Counted from the first letter of the stretch, positions 35,432 through 46,682 are shown. The stretch is 64,000 bases of DNA from Methylococcaceae bacterium (GCA_044237765.1 JBIIEQ010000010.1:468-64467); one strand, 5' to 3'. Translations and numbers: made by a program. Notes: generated from the letters alone by a model not told the origin.

Positions 35432-36283
35432 ATGCCGGCATCGAGCCGATTTCCGGTTTATGGCGCTGGCTTAGGCTTGAGGCGGGCCTTGCTGGGCCCG
35501 CTCTCCGAGCTGAAACCGGCTCAGGTAGACTTCTACGAGGTTGCCCCAGAAAATTGGATGCGTGTGGGGGGGCGGTTCGGCAAGCAGTTTCGTGCGCTGA
35601 CTGAATCCCACCCCTGTTGCTGTCACGGTCTTTCCCTCTCTCTGGGATCTCCTGCTCCGCTTGACGAGCTGTTTCTCAAGGAACTCAAAACGTTTCTTGA
35701 TACTCACCACATTAGCAGTTACAGCGAACACCTAAGTTACTGCTCCGATGAGGGTCATCTTTATGATCTCATGCCGATTCCTTTCACCGAGGAAGCGGTT
35801 CATTACATCGCCGAACGTATTCGTCGTACTCAGACGATCCTCGATCGTCGCATCGCCCTCGAGAATATTTCCTACTATGCGGCGCCCGGAAAAGCCCTGG
35901 ATGAATGCGATTTCCTCTTGGCTGTGCTTGATGAGGCTGACTGCGACCTTTTGCTTGATGTAAACAATGTCTACGTCAACAGTATCAACCACGATTATGA
36001 CGCTGTGTCCTTCATTGATTCGATGCCGGCGGAGAAGATTGTAGGTCTTCATGTGGCGGGTCACTATGTCGAGGCCGAAGATTTTTTGATCGACACCCAT
36101 GGGGCGGCTGTCATCGATCCTGTGTGGCGTTTGCTGGACCGGGTTTATTCGAATTTCGGTGTGGTTCCAACCCTGCTGGAGCGGGATTTCAATCTGCCTC
36201 CACTGCCCGAATTGTTGATAGAGATCGACGAAATCAAGCGGCTTCAGCTGGCTCACGCTCCATTGGCGCTCCGCTATGCCTGA
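35432..36283 (+). CDS. DUF692 / MNIO-family RiPP maturase (HvfB/BufB/MbnB-like)
   Basis: [11 protein letters not shown]...[47 protein letters not shown] are hallmarks of the UPF0276/DUF692 TIM-barrel. Confidence 0.88.
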   Translation: MPASSRFPVYGAGLGLRRALLGPLSELKPAQVDFYEVAPENWMRVGGRFGKQFRALTESHPCCCHGLSLSLGSPAPLDELFLKELKTFLDTHHISSYSEHLSYCSDEGHLYDLMPIPFTEEAVHYIAERIRRTQTILDRRIALENISYYAAPGKALDECDFLLAVLDEADCDLLLDVNNVYVNSINHDYDAVSFIDSMPAEKIVGLHVAGHYVEAEDFLIDTHGAAVIDPVWRLLDRVYSNFGVVPTLLERDFNLPPLPELLIEIDEIKRLQLAHAPLALRYA

Positions 36284-37040
36284 GTTTCTGTACGATTTTC
36301 AGCGCACCCAGGCCGCCTTTGCTGCCTACATCCGCGATCCGGAGGGAGTGATCCCGCCGAGCGATGTTTCTTGTCAGCGAATGGCCGCTTACCGTGACCT
36401 GTTCTTCAATAACATTGAAAACTTTATTGCGACCGCCTTTCCGGTATCGAAGAGTGTGCTGGGTGTAGAAGCCTGGCGATCCTTGATTAGAGATTTCTAT
36501 CGGGGGCACCACTGCAAAACACCATTGTTCATCGAAATTGCCGAGGAGTTTCTTGAATATCTATCCAATGAACGGTCAGAGGAGTTAGTCGACCCACCTT
36601 TCCTCCTTGAATTGGCACATTACGAATGGGTAGAACTCGCCCTAGCCGTCTCAGAAGAGGAGCTGCCGGAGGCCGGTAATGCATCCGGTAGGTCGATTCT
36701 GGATGACTGCATTTCCCTGTCGCCCGTGGCTTGGCCGGTAGCGTATCGATTTCCTGTGCATCGCATAGGCCCGAATTTCAAGCCGTCAGCTCCCGATGGA
36801 ACGCTGACCTTTCTTGTGGTGTACCGGAATCAGGAAGACCTGGTCCGGTTCATGGAGCTCAATCAGGTTTCATATCGTCTGCTTCAGTCGTTGGATGATT
36901 CGCCCGGGCAGACGGTTCGCGAGCATTTGTTGATGATTGCTCATGAGCTTCAGCATCCGGAGCCGGATATGGTGCTGGAGTTCGGTGTGGATCTGATCCG
37001 TAACCTGCATCTAAAGGGCCTGATCAGGCTTCTTGGCTGA
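36276..37040 (+). CDS. DUF2063 protein (HvfC/BufC-type peptide-modification partner)
   Basis: [47 protein letters not shown]. 8-nt overlap with the DUF692 gene. Confidence 0.82.
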   Translation: MPEFLYDFQRTQAAFAAYIRDPEGVIPPSDVSCQRMAAYRDLFFNNIENFIATAFPVSKSVLGVEAWRSLIRDFYRGHHCKTPLFIEIAEEFLEYLSNERSEELVDPPFLLELAHYEWVELALAVSEEELPEAGNASGRSILDDCISLSPVAWPVAYRFPVHRIGPNFKPSAPDGTLTFLVVYRNQEDLVRFMELNQVSYRLLQSLDDSPGQTVREHLLMIAHELQHPEPDMVLEFGVDLIRNLHLKGLIRLLG

Positions 37041-37065
37041 GAAAAACCAGCTCTTGGTTTTCGCT

Positions 37066-37087
37066 GCCCCGAGATGGGGCTTTTTTT
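37066..37087 (+). terminator. Rho-independent terminator of the hvf-like operon
   Basis: GCCCC-gagat-GGGGC followed by TTTTTTT. A second weaker hairpin aaacca-gctct-tggttt lies just upstream. Confidence 0.65.
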
Positions 37088-37203
37088 GTGCCATTAAATG
37101 CCCCATTATGGTGCGAATTGTGGGTGGTGTGGTCTCTGGCTGACCAAGCATCCTCATCCTCATCATCGCAATCTTCTGGCCCCCAAATTGCTTGGTACTT
37201 GTT

Positions 37204-38283
37204 ATGAATTACCAAGATCCCGCGTCAATCAACCCCAGAATACTCGACCACCTCACCGATGCGGTCCTGTTGTTCGACCAGGGCTGTCGACTGGTCTACA
37301 TCAATCTTGCCGGGGAGATGCTGTTTGCCGTCAGTGCGCGGCAGGCCATGGGCGCAAGGGCCAAAGACCTGTTTGGCCCCAGCGATCACACCATGGAGTC
37401 GGATTTCAAGCGAGCCTTGACGAAAGGCGAATCGCTGACCAAGCGCAACCTTGCTTTGGGTACGCCAGCGCACCCCATCACGGTCAATCTGACCATCGTG
37501 CCGATTCAGGAAAAGGATACGGACAGAGCCGAAGCCGTACTGGTGCAGATAGAGCAGGTAGATCGGCACCTCCGTATTTCCATGGAAGAGCAGATTCTGG
37601 CGCAGCAAAACGCCGCACGCATGCTGCTGCGCGGGCTGGCACATGAAATCAAGAATCCCCTGGGCGGCATTCGGGGGTCAGCGCAACTCCTTCAGCGCGA
37701 ACTGGCCAGCGAGGAGTTTCGGGAATACACGCAGATCATCATGGACGAGTCGGACCGCCTGCAGTCATTGGTCGATCGCATGCTGGGACCGAACAAGCCT
37801 CTTTTGTTGGAGCCCATCAACATTCACAAGGTGCTGGAGCGGGTGCGGCAACTGGTTCAGGTGGAGGCTCCGGCGGGGGTCTCCATAGAGCGCGATTACG
37901 ATCCCAGTATTCCTCTGGTGAACGGAGACGGCGATTTGTTGATTCAGGCAATCCTAAATATTGTCAGGAACGCCGCTCAGGCGGTGGGGGTTCGGGGTCG
38001 GATTCTGATTCGTACTCGTATTCATCGGCAGGTCACCATCGGCAACAAACGAAACCGTCTGGTCGTGAAGATCGATGTGGAAGATGACGGGCCAGGCATT
38101 CCCGATGCGCTCATGGGGCAGATTTTTTATCCAATGGTCACCGGGCGGGCCGAGGGAACGGGCTTGGGTCTTTCGATTGCCCAATCACTGATCAATCAGC
38201 ATGGTGGATTGATCGAATGCAATAGTGAGCCGGGTCACACGGTTTTTTCTATCTTTTTGCCTCTGGAGATGGGTCATGACTAA
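37204..38283 (+). CDS. ntrB: Nitrogen regulation sensor histidine kinase NtrB
   Basis: N-terminal PAS, H-box GLAHEIKNPLGGIRGSAQLL, N-box NIVRNAAQA, G-boxes DDGPGIP and GTGLGLS. Confidence 0.88.
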   Translation: MNYQDPASINPRILDHLTDAVLLFDQGCRLVYINLAGEMLFAVSARQAMGARAKDLFGPSDHTMESDFKRALTKGESLTKRNLALGTPAHPITVNLTIVPIQEKDTDRAEAVLVQIEQVDRHLRISMEEQILAQQNAARMLLRGLAHEIKNPLGGIRGSAQLLQRELASEEFREYTQIIMDESDRLQSLVDRMLGPNKPLLLEPINIHKVLERVRQLVQVEAPAGVSIERDYDPSIPLVNGDGDLLIQAILNIVRNAAQAVGVRGRILIRTRIHRQVTIGNKRNRLVVKIDVEDDGPGIPDALMGQIFYPMVTGRAEGTGLGLSIAQSLINQHGGLIECNSEPGHTVFSIFLPLEMGHD

Positions 38284-39691
38284 AGCTGATCAGGTGTGGA
38301 TCGTCGATGATGACCGATCGATCCGCTGGGTGCTTGAAAAGGCTTTGCAAAAAGCGGGCATCGAGACCCGGAGCTTTTCCAGCGCGGACGGGTTGTTGGA
38401 AAGTCTGGGTCAGGCGCTGCCCGAGGCCATCATTACCGACATCCGAATGCCCGGCATGGATGGTTTGGCGTTGCTGAAACGGCTGCAAGAGCGTTATCCC
38501 GATCTGCCGGTCATCATCATGACTGCTCATTCCGATCTGGAGAGCGCAGTTTCCGCCTTTCATGGGGGTGCATTCGAGTATCTGCCCAAACCCTTCGATG
38601 TCGACGAGGCGGTGGATCGGGTTCAGCGCGCCTGTGCCCAAGCCCGAAATCTCCGGCTGGATCGGGAGCCCAGCCCCATGCCGGAGGCAACGCCGGAGAT
38701 CATCGGGGCCGCACCAACCATGCAGGAGGTCTTCAGGGCTATCGCACGGCTGGCGCGGTCACATATCACCGTGTTGATCAACGGCGAGTCAGGGACCGGC
38801 AAAGAACTCGTGGCCAAGGCCTTACACCGCCATAGCCCCCGCGCCGCTCAACCCTTCATTGCGCTGAATATGGCAGCGATACCGCGAGATCTTCTAGAGT
38901 CAGAATTATTCGGTCATGAGCGCGGGGCGTTTACTGGGGCGCAGGCCAGAAGGGCCGGCCGTTTTGAGCAGGCCGATGGGGGAACGCTGTTTCTCGATGA
39001 AATTGGGGATATGCCTGCCGAGCTGCAGACCCGGTTGCTGCGGGTTCTGGCCGATGGTGAGTTCTTTCCTGTGGGGGCTCACGCACCCGTCCGAGTAGAT
39101 GTCCGCATTATTGCCGCGACTCATCAGAATCTGGATTCATTGGTTGCCGAGGGCCGTTTTCGAGAAGATCTTTTCCATCGTCTGAATGTCATCCGGATTC
39201 ACTTGCCCCCATTACGCGAACGCCGACAGGACATTCCTTTGCTGCTGCGGCATTTTCTCAAGGAGGCCAGCAAGGAAATCAAGGCCGAAACGAAACTCCT
39301 GCGTCCGGATGTGGAGGCTTACCTGTGTGGCCTGGATTGGCCCGGTAATGTACGTCAACTGGAAAATACCTGCCGCTGGATCACGGTGATGGCGGCTGGC
39401 AAGGATGTTCATCTCGATGACCTGCCGCCCGAGCTGTTACAGCCACCGAGAGAATCCGTTTACGCGCAGGTAGGTGAGGGCTGGCAGGAGGCTCTGCGCA
39501 ATTGGGTGGATGAGGAGCTCAAGCGTGGTCACGTCAATATTGCCAAGGAGGCCATTGAATCAGCCGAAGGCATCTTGATCACGACGGCGTTGGGTGCAAC
39601 CCGGGGGCGGCGGCAGGAAGCAGCCAAGCTTTTGGGGTATGGTCGAAATACATTGACTCGAAAGATTGCCGAGCTCCATCTGGATGTTTGA
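38276..39691 (+). CDS. ntrC: Sigma-54-dependent response regulator NtrC
   Basis: Receiver [31 protein letters not shown]+ [11 protein letters not shown] and GAFTGA (GAFTGA loop), C-terminal HTH. Confidence 0.9.
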   Translation: MTKADQVWIVDDDRSIRWVLEKALQKAGIETRSFSSADGLLESLGQALPEAIITDIRMPGMDGLALLKRLQERYPDLPVIIMTAHSDLESAVSAFHGGAFEYLPKPFDVDEAVDRVQRACAQARNLRLDREPSPMPEATPEIIGAAPTMQEVFRAIARLARSHITVLINGESGTGKELVAKALHRHSPRAAQPFIALNMAAIPRDLLESELFGHERGAFTGAQARRAGRFEQADGGTLFLDEIGDMPAELQTRLLRVLADGEFFPVGAHAPVRVDVRIIAATHQNLDSLVAEGRFREDLFHRLNVIRIHLPPLRERRQDIPLLLRHFLKEASKEIKAETKLLRPDVEAYLCGLDWPGNVRQLENTCRWITVMAAGKDVHLDDLPPELLQPPRESVYAQVGEGWQEALRNWVDEELKRGHVNIAKEAIESAEGILITTALGATRGRRQEAAKLLGYGRNTLTRKIAELHLDV

Positions 39692-39890
39692 GTGCGTTCA
39701 GTGAATGGGCCGATTCCTGTTTGTGGCTCAATCATTGCCGTCATGAGTGAGATAATCAGGGTGAAATTACTACTGGCGGGATTGCCTTTGGATTCGATTC
39801 AATGACGTTCCTCGCTGGTTTGCTCTCCCCCAACCCCTTGTCTAGCGGTTTCTGGCCGAAAGATCCAGTTGCCTAAAACGGAAGATACGC

Positions 39891-42374
39891 ATGCCTCACC
39901 GTAAGCTAACCAAAAGCCATCCCACTGCTCACCTGACGGATACCTCTCCGCTGGGTATGAAGCCAAAGGAGCTGGCCAGGGATATTGCCCAGCACTTCAA
40001 TTACACGCTAGGTCGCGGCAAGTCCTGTAAATCCGCTCACTACACCTACACCTCTCTGGCGCTTGCTGTGCGCGACCGATTGATGGAGCGCTGGAAGAAT
40101 ACGCAGCAGGCTTATGGTGAGGGCAACTGCCGCCGAGCTTACTATCTGTCGCTGGAGTTCCTGATGGGGCGGGCGCTCAGCAATGCCATGCTCAACCTTG
40201 GTATCACCCATGCCACGGAAAAGGCGCTGCACACGCTGGGACTTGATCTGGAGGAGCTGGCCGATATCGAGGTGGATGCGGGTTTGGGCAATGGCGGGTT
40301 GGGGCGATTGGCGGCATGTTTTGTGGATAGCTGTGCGACCTTGCAACTGCCGGTAACAGGTTACGGCATCCGCTATGAGTACGGGATGTTTCGCCAGTTG
40401 ATTGATCATGGCTATCAGCTTGAAGAGCCCGATCACTGGCTACGAAATGGACATGTCTGGGAACTTGAGCGGCCGGAGTTAACCACCCGCATCTGTTTTG
40501 GTGGAAACACGAAGGCGATGGCAGACGGTCGCATGGAGTGGATCAATACACAGGACGTACTGGCGGTGCCCTTTGATGTCCCGATTCCCGGTTTTCAGAA
40601 TGGGACAGTCAATACTTTGAGGCTGTGGAAAGCGGCCGCAACCGATGAGTTTAGCCTTAGCGAGTTCAACGCCGGCGATTACACAGAGGCCGTGCGCTCC
40701 AAGAACATGGCGGAAAACATCACCATGGTGTTGTATCCCAATGACGCCAGCGAAAATGGCAAGGAACTGCGTCTACGACAGCAATACTTCCTGGCGTCGG
40801 CCAGCCTGCAGGACATTATTCGGGACTGGGTTCAGAAGCACGGCGAAAATTTCAGCCCGTTCGCAAAGAAAAATGTATTTCAGCTCAATGATACCCATCC
40901 GACCATCGCCGTCGCCGAGTTGATGCGTTTGCTGGTTGACGAGCATGGCGTGGCCTGGGACAAGGCCTGGCAGATTACCCGCCAGACCATGGCCTACACC
41001 AACCACACCCTGCTTCCTGAGGCTTTGGAGAAATGGCCTGTGCGGCTATTCCGCCAGTTGCTGCCTCGTTTGCTGGAAATCATTTTCGAGATAAATGCAG
41101 GTTTTCTTAAGGAGGTAAACGAGCGATGGCCCGGCGACAATGAGCGTTTGGCGCGAATGTCCCTGATCGAGGAGGGGTGGGAGCAACAGGTTCGGATGGC
41201 CTATTTGGCGATTGTCGGCAGCTTTTCCGTGAACGGAGTGGCCCAGCTTCATTCCGATCTCCTCGTGCAGGGCATGTTCAGTGATTTTCACGAGCTATGG
41301 CCTGAAAAATTCAACAACAAGACCAATGGTATTACCCCGCGGCGCTGGCTTGCGGGGTGCAATCCGGACTTGGCGGCGTTGATCACCAAGACCATTGGCG
41401 ATGAGTGGACCCACGATCTGTCCAGACTGGCTGAATTGGCCCCGTATGCCGACGATCCCGCCTTCCGCAAGCGTTGGCGATCCATCAAACGTGCCAACAA
41501 GGAACGTCTGGCGACTTACGCCTTCAATGAGCTGGGCCTGACGTTGGATCCAGACGCGTTGTTTGATGTTCAGGTCAAGCGCATTCATGAGTACAAGCGT
41601 CAATTGCTCAATGCCCTTCATGTCATTCATCTTTACGATCGGATTCGGCGGGGGGATTTGAAGGAATGGACGCCACGGGTAGTGATTTTTGGAGGCAAGG
41701 CCGCGCCGGGCTACCAGATGGCCAAGCGCATCATCAAACTGATCAATGCCATCGCCTATGTCGTCAATACCGATCCTTCGGTGGGCAACAAGCTCAAGGT
41801 CGTATTTCTGCCCAACTATCGGGTTACGGCGATGGAAACCATCTGCCCCGGTACCGATCTCTCGGAGCAAATTTCAACGGCAGGCAAGGAAGCTTCTGGA
41901 ACCGGGAACATGAAGTTCATGCTGAATGGCGCGCTAACCATCGGTACGCTGGATGGTGCGAACATCGAAATCCGCGAGGAAGTAGGCGCGAAGAATTTCT
42001 TCCTGTTCGGCTTGACCGCTGAAGAGGTTGAGCAGGCTCGTCCCCACTACAATCCCCAGGCGATCATTGAGGATGATGAGGATTTGAGTCGGGTCATGGC
42101 GTTGTTGGAGTCAGGCCACTTCAATGCAGGCGAGCCCGGAATCTTTGATCCGATCATCGATTCCATCAGGGGATCGTGGGATCCGTGGATGACGGCCGCC
42201 GATTTTGCCGGCTACATGGAGGCCCAACAGAGCGCGGCGACGGCTTATCGAGATGAAGAAAGCTGGACCCGAATGAGTATCCTCAACACGGCTGCTGCGG
42301 GTAAGTTTTCGTCAGACCGGACTATCGCCGAGTATAATCGCGACATCTGGAAGCTGAAGCCAGTGTCAGTCTAG
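39891..42374 (+). CDS. glgP: Glycogen/maltodextrin phosphorylase
   Basis: AYYLSLEFLMGR, GLGNGGLGRLAACF, TNHTLLPEALE, PLP-Lys motif EASGTGNMKFMLNGA. 827 aa. Confidence 0.93.
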   Translation: MPHRKLTKSHPTAHLTDTSPLGMKPKELARDIAQHFNYTLGRGKSCKSAHYTYTSLALAVRDRLMERWKNTQQAYGEGNCRRAYYLSLEFLMGRALSNAMLNLGITHATEKALHTLGLDLEELADIEVDAGLGNGGLGRLAACFVDSCATLQLPVTGYGIRYEYGMFRQLIDHGYQLEEPDHWLRNGHVWELERPELTTRICFGGNTKAMADGRMEWINTQDVLAVPFDVPIPGFQNGTVNTLRLWKAAATDEFSLSEFNAGDYTEAVRSKNMAENITMVLYPNDASENGKELRLRQQYFLASASLQDIIRDWVQKHGENFSPFAKKNVFQLNDTHPTIAVAELMRLLVDEHGVAWDKAWQITRQTMAYTNHTLLPEALEKWPVRLFRQLLPRLLEIIFEINAGFLKEVNERWPGDNERLARMSLIEEGWEQQVRMAYLAIVGSFSVNGVAQLHSDLLVQGMFSDFHELWPEKFNNKTNGITPRRWLAGCNPDLAALITKTIGDEWTHDLSRLAELAPYADDPAFRKRWRSIKRANKERLATYAFNELGLTLDPDALFDVQVKRIHEYKRQLLNALHVIHLYDRIRRGDLKEWTPRVVIFGGKAAPGYQMAKRIIKLINAIAYVVNTDPSVGNKLKVVFLPNYRVTAMETICPGTDLSEQISTAGKEASGTGNMKFMLNGALTIGTLDGANIEIREEVGAKNFFLFGLTAEEVEQARPHYNPQAIIEDDEDLSRVMALLESGHFNAGEPGIFDPIIDSIRGSWDPWMTAADFAGYMEAQQSAATAYRDEESWTRMSILNTAAAGKFSSDRTIAEYNRDIWKLKPVSV

Positions 42375-42651
42375 CCGCCCCTGTCCGAATGATGCCGTTC
42401 TGCATGAATCACCCCCGGCTTGAGATCGGGCGACCTCAAGCGGGTCTTGCCTTGGCCGGGTGCCTCGATATGCCAATATTGCTCGGATTGAATGGTGGAG
42501 CCTAAACGACGATAATGCCCGCAATTCGGAAGTCGTCGTTCTCAAATCAAGTCTTGTCCCGATTGTCACTTGGCTATCAGTTAAGTTGCAAAAGGGGTGG
42601 GATTATGCGCGGCGCTTTATACCAACCAAAGAGCACCCCACCACAGGACGC

Positions 42652-43221
42652 ATGGAAGAACTCGACGAGGAACTGGTCAGGCGCGTCCAACGGGGTGATA
42701 AGAAAGCCTTTGATGTGCTGGTCAGAAAATATCAGTACAAGATCGCCCAACTGATCAACCGTTACATCAAGGACCAGCATGAAGCGCTGGATGTTGCTCA
42801 AGAGACCTTCATCAAGGCTTACCGTGCCCTGCCTGGCTTTCGCGGGGACAGCGCTTTCTACACCTGGCTGTACCGCATCGCCATCAATACCGCGAAGAAC
42901 CATCTGTCAATGCGGTCTCGTCGACCATCGGGCGATGAGATAGAAATCGAGGATGCGGAACAATTCGAGTCCGGTGGACGTCTGAGGAACTGCGAAACTC
43001 CAGAAGGTCTGCTTTTGACCGAGGAGATCGCCGTCGCGATTCAGGATGCTTTGAAGAAGCTTCCCGATGAACTCAGAACAGCGATCACCTTGCGGGAGTT
43101 TGAGGGATTAAGCTATGAGGAGATAGCCCAGGTAATGGGCTGTCCGGTTGGAACGGTGAGGTCCCGAATTTTCCGTGCGCGAGAGGCGATAGATAAACGA
43201 CTTGAACCCCTGATTAGGTAG
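42652..43221 (+). CDS. rpoE: ECF sigma factor RpoE (AlgU-like)
   Basis: LVRRVQRGDKKAFDVLVRKYQYKI, SAFYTWLYRIAINTAKN, LSYEEIAQVMGCPVGTVRSRIFRAR. Start at MEELDEE (ATG 42652). Confidence 0.92.
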   Translation: MEELDEELVRRVQRGDKKAFDVLVRKYQYKIAQLINRYIKDQHEALDVAQETFIKAYRALPGFRGDSAFYTWLYRIAINTAKNHLSMRSRRPSGDEIEIEDAEQFESGGRLRNCETPEGLLLTEEIAVAIQDALKKLPDELRTAITLREFEGLSYEEIAQVMGCPVGTVRSRIFRAREAIDKRLEPLIR

Positions 43222-43228
43222 GAACACG

Positions 43229-43747
43229 ATGAACACTGAAGACAATGGCCAAAAATTGAGCGCCCTGCTCGACGAAGAATTGGGTTATCACGATTCTCTC
43301 TCCCTGATGAGTCGGCTTGAGAGCGACGGGGAGTTGAGTGCCAAGCTGCATCGCTATGCCGTGGTCAAGGAATGTATGAAATCCGGGAGCCCGTTGGTTC
43401 CTGATGCGGATTTTGTCGATCGGGTCCATGCATCGCTTGCTGAGGAGCCTGTGGTCCTTGCACCGCGCACTATGCGTAAGCCGGTCGGGGAAAAAGTCGC
43501 CACTTATGCGATCGCAGCCTCCATGGCTGTGATTGCTTTGCTCGTGGGGCGCTCCTTAACTGATTATTCACCTGACAGGGCCGGCCAACTGTTGGCCCAA
43601 GCGGAAATGACCAGCCCGGTCACTCAGGCATCGATGGAGCCTGAATTGCGTGATTATCTCGCGCTTCACAATGAATCTACCTACCTCTCAGGTAGCCAGG
43701 GCATGATGCCTTCGATCCGGTTAGTGAGCGGGTCAGTTGGGCGCTAA
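43229..43747 (+). CDS. rseA: Anti-sigma-E factor RseA/MucA
   Basis: LSALLDEELG N-terminal anti-sigma motif, central TM (ATYAIAASMAVIALLV), periplasmic tail. Confidence 0.82.
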   Translation: MNTEDNGQKLSALLDEELGYHDSLSLMSRLESDGELSAKLHRYAVVKECMKSGSPLVPDADFVDRVHASLAEEPVVLAPRTMRKPVGEKVATYAIAASMAVIALLVGRSLTDYSPDRAGQLLAQAEMTSPVTQASMEPELRDYLALHNESTYLSGSQGMMPSIRLVSGSVGR

Positions 43748-44759
43748 CGACAGGTCAAGGCTGCAGGTGGCTCGATTTTTCTCAAGCTCTCGAACGTCCA
43801 CTTTATTCCTCGCTGTCCTCAGTCTAAGCCCACTCCCGTTGTGGTCAGGGCAAGCCTCGGTGAAGCCCACAACCGGTGTTGAGTGGCTGCAGGGTATGCG
43901 TCAGGCCGCCGGTTCGCTGAATTACCAAGGGGTTGTTGCTTACATCAAGGATCAGCAGGTCGATAGTTTCAAGCTTTATCATCAAGTCATCGACGGTAAG
44001 GAACGCGAGCGACTGGTTGCAATGAACAGCCCTTTCAGGGAGGTTCTACGCGCCGATGGTAACGTGGCGAGATATACCGCCGACTCGCATCAGGTGGTGG
44101 TTGAGACAAGGTCATCGAATCAATCCGTACTCATCAACCTGCCTGAGGATACCTCCCTGCTGGATCGGTATTACCGGATCAACCTGCGTGGCCAGGAGTA
44201 TGTGGCTGGCGCCTTGACTCAGGTGGTGGCGCTGGAGCCGAAGGATGCCTACCGTTACAGTCGGCTACTATGGATTGATACCTCGACACATCTTCCGCTC
44301 AAGCTGGAAGTCCTGAATGAGGACGGGATGTCCGTGGAGCAAATGGTTTTTACCACCATCAACACCAAAGATCTGATAGCGCCACAGGACTTGCAGCCAT
44401 CGGTTCAGGCGACTTCAGCCATCACGCAGATCAGTCATCGGGAAACCCTTCCGGTGGACGGCTTGAAGTGGACTTTCAAGTCTGTGCCAGAGGGGTTTCA
44501 GATCCTCTCTTACTCTGTCCTCAAGCGACCCCCGCTGAACTCGCCGGTGGAGCACGTCCTGATGAGTGATGGGTTTTCATCGGTTTCGGTTTACATCGAA
44601 AAGCGAGACGCTCGCATCAATCCGGGTGCCAGAAAAATCGGTGCTGCGAGTGTCGACTCGGTTAAGTTGGGTGATTTTGAAGTTACCGTCATGGGTGAGG
44701 TGCCCCAAAAGACCGTTGAGCTCATCGCAAATGGTGTCCGAATAAAGGGCGATAATTGA
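43737..44759 (+). CDS. rseB: Sigma-E regulatory protein RseB/MucB
   Basis: WLQGMRQAAGSLNYQGVVAYIKD, LLWIDTSTHLPLKLEVL. TTG start overlapping rseA, with an alternative GTG at 43767. Confidence 0.82.
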   Translation: MGANDRSRLQVARFFSSSRTSTLFLAVLSLSPLPLWSGQASVKPTTGVEWLQGMRQAAGSLNYQGVVAYIKDQQVDSFKLYHQVIDGKERERLVAMNSPFREVLRADGNVARYTADSHQVVVETRSSNQSVLINLPEDTSLLDRYYRINLRGQEYVAGALTQVVALEPKDAYRYSRLLWIDTSTHLPLKLEVLNEDGMSVEQMVFTTINTKDLIAPQDLQPSVQATSAITQISHRETLPVDGLKWTFKSVPEGFQILSYSVLKRPPLNSPVEHVLMSDGFSSVSVYIEKRDARINPGARKIGAASVDSVKLGDFEVTVMGEVPQKTVELIANGVRIKGDN

Positions 44760-45193
44760 TGCTCGAGGCTGAAGCGGTCGTTGCAGATGTTTCGGGCGGT
44801 GCTGTTGTGCTGAGAGTGATTCCCCGGACCTGCAATGGCTGCAAAATATCTTGCTCAAAATCTGAAGGGCTTGACCCCAAATGTTTCGAGTTCAAAAACC
44901 TTAGCCTGATATCATCGACCGGTTTATCCGTTGGTCAGCCTGTTTTTCTTGATATACCCCGTGAGCGGCTGATAAGCGCCGCATTCCTCCTCTACCTTGC
45001 TCCATTGTTCGGGTTTCTGTTCGGCATGGTGTTAGGCAATTGGGTTGCTGCACGGTTTGTTCCCGAAATTTCCGAGTCATGCGCGATGATCGGTGGTTTG
45101 CTGGGCTTAACCTCGGTATTTCGTTGCCTGTCGAGCCAGAGAGTCGGTTTGAGTCTGTTACAAGTTGTGCCAACGATCAGGCCGTTGCGCTGA
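44756..45193 (+). CDS. rseC: RseC/MucC family sigma-E regulator
   Basis: N-terminal soluble segment with C..C..C, then two TM helices. Conserved position after rseB. Confidence 0.72.
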   Translation: MMLEAEAVVADVSGGAVVLRVIPRTCNGCKISCSKSEGLDPKCFEFKNLSLISSTGLSVGQPVFLDIPRERLISAAFLLYLAPLFGFLFGMVLGNWVAARFVPEISESCAMIGGLLGLTSVFRCLSSQRVGLSLLQVVPTIRPLR

Positions 45194-45238
45194 TCATTCA
45201 TCAAAGCTTTTTCGAATTTTCTTCCGCTGGAGTCACCG

Positions 45239-46678
45239 ATGCTGAAAGCCACATGGCGCCTCATTTATTTGCTAGTGCCCGTTTTTTTAATTGCTTCTCC
45301 CAGCTACGGGCAACTGCCTGACTTTACGGGTCTGGTCGAGCAAAATAATGCGGCTGTAGTGAACATCAGCACCACACAGAAAGTGGCTGCCAACCCAATG
45401 CAGCCTCAACTGCCCGAGGGTTTGGAGATTCCGGAAGGTGCGCCTTTCGATGAGTTGTTGAAGCGCTACTTTGGCGAGGGCGGACCTGGTGCACCAGGAG
45501 GTCCAGGTGGCGGTGAGCCGGATGATGCGAAGTCGCTGGGTTCCGGTTTCATCATTTCGCCCGATGGCTATGTCATTACCAATCATCACGTCATCAAGGA
45601 CGCTGAGGAAGTGGTTGTTCGTTTGCAGGATCGGCGTGAACTGGTTGCCAAAATTGTGGGCTCTGACAAGCGCAGTGATATCGCTCTGCTGAAGCTCGAA
45701 GCCAAGGATCTTCCCGTAGTGAAGTTGGGGTCATCGGATGAGCTGAAGGTCGGGGAATGGGTGCTGGCCATCGGTTCTCCGTTTGGTTTCGATCACTCGG
45801 TCACGGCCGGTATCGTCAGCGCCAAGGGCCGAAGCTTGCCCAGCGACAACTATGTACCTTTCATCCAGACGGATGTGGCGATCAATCCGGGCAACTCCGG
45901 GGGGCCTTTGTTCAACCTCGAGGGTGAGGTCATCGGTGTCAATTCGCAGATCTACAGCCGGACTGGTGGCTTCATGGGACTTTCCTTTGCCATCCCGGTC
46001 GATGTGGCCATGCAGGTAGTTGAGCAGTTGAAGTCGCAGGGGAAGGTTTCCCGCGGTTGGCTGGGCGTGCAAATTCAGGATGTTACCCGTGAACTGGCCG
46101 AATCCTTCGGTATGAAAAAGCCGCAGGGTGCACTGGTGTCGAAGATCATGCCCAAAAGCCCTGCAGGAGAATCGGGAATTCAGATCGGTGACATCATCGA
46201 GGAATTCAATGGCAGGGAAATCAATACCTCAGCCGAACTGCCGCCGATGGTAGGCACGACCAAAATTGGGGAAACAGCGAGGCTGAAGGTGCTGCGGGAG
46301 GGCAAATCGCTGGAGATTCCCGTCAAGATTGGTGCGCTGCCCGACGAGGAGCCTGCCATGGCGAGCAAGGAAGGGCCTTCCGTCGGCGACAAGGTAGCCC
46401 GATTGAATGTTGCTGTCGCCAATCCGACCGACGAGCAACGCGAACAGATGGAGCTGCCGAAGAGAGGCGGTGTTGTCATCATGGGCGTCAAGCCGGGGCC
46501 GGCAGCCGAAGCAGGTATTCGTCGCGGAGATGTCATTCTCCGCATAGGGGATCAAGCCGTTCGGGACGCCAAGCATTTCGGTGACATCATCCAGGTGTTG
46601 CCAAAAGGAAAGAGTGTCGCGGTCCTGGTGCAACGTCAGGGGGGATCACAGTTCCTCGCCATTAAACTCAAGGATTGA
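45239..46678 (+). CDS. degP: Periplasmic serine endoprotease DegP/MucD (two PDZ domains)
   Basis: [42 protein letters not shown] (His-Asp-Ser triad), two PDZ repeats. Confidence 0.92.
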   Translation: MLKATWRLIYLLVPVFLIASPSYGQLPDFTGLVEQNNAAVVNISTTQKVAANPMQPQLPEGLEIPEGAPFDELLKRYFGEGGPGAPGGPGGGEPDDAKSLGSGFIISPDGYVITNHHVIKDAEEVVVRLQDRRELVAKIVGSDKRSDIALLKLEAKDLPVVKLGSSDELKVGEWVLAIGSPFGFDHSVTAGIVSAKGRSLPSDNYVPFIQTDVAINPGNSGGPLFNLEGEVIGVNSQIYSRTGGFMGLSFAIPVDVAMQVVEQLKSQGKVSRGWLGVQIQDVTRELAESFGMKKPQGALVSKIMPKSPAGESGIQIGDIIEEFNGREINTSAELPPMVGTTKIGETARLKVLREGKSLEIPVKIGALPDEEPAMASKEGPSVGDKVARLNVAVANPTDEQREQMELPKRGGVVIMGVKPGPAAEAGIRRGDVILRIGDQAVRDAKHFGDIIQVLPKGKSVAVLVQRQGGSQFLAIKLKD

Positions 46679-46682
46679 GGCT

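Noticed and set aside
42415-42444. Hairpin after glgP (ccggcttgag-N10-ctcaagcggg) as a terminator
   Set aside because: The stem is reasonable (9 of 10 pairs) but has a 10-nt loop and no U-run. Function is uncertain, so it is not listed as a feature.
42528-42556. Sigma-E (AlgU)-type autoregulatory promoter upstream of rpoE (GAAGTC-N17-TCTTG)
   Set aside because: It only loosely matches GAACTT-N16/17-TCTGA, with two mismatches in each element. That is not enough to call without TSS data.
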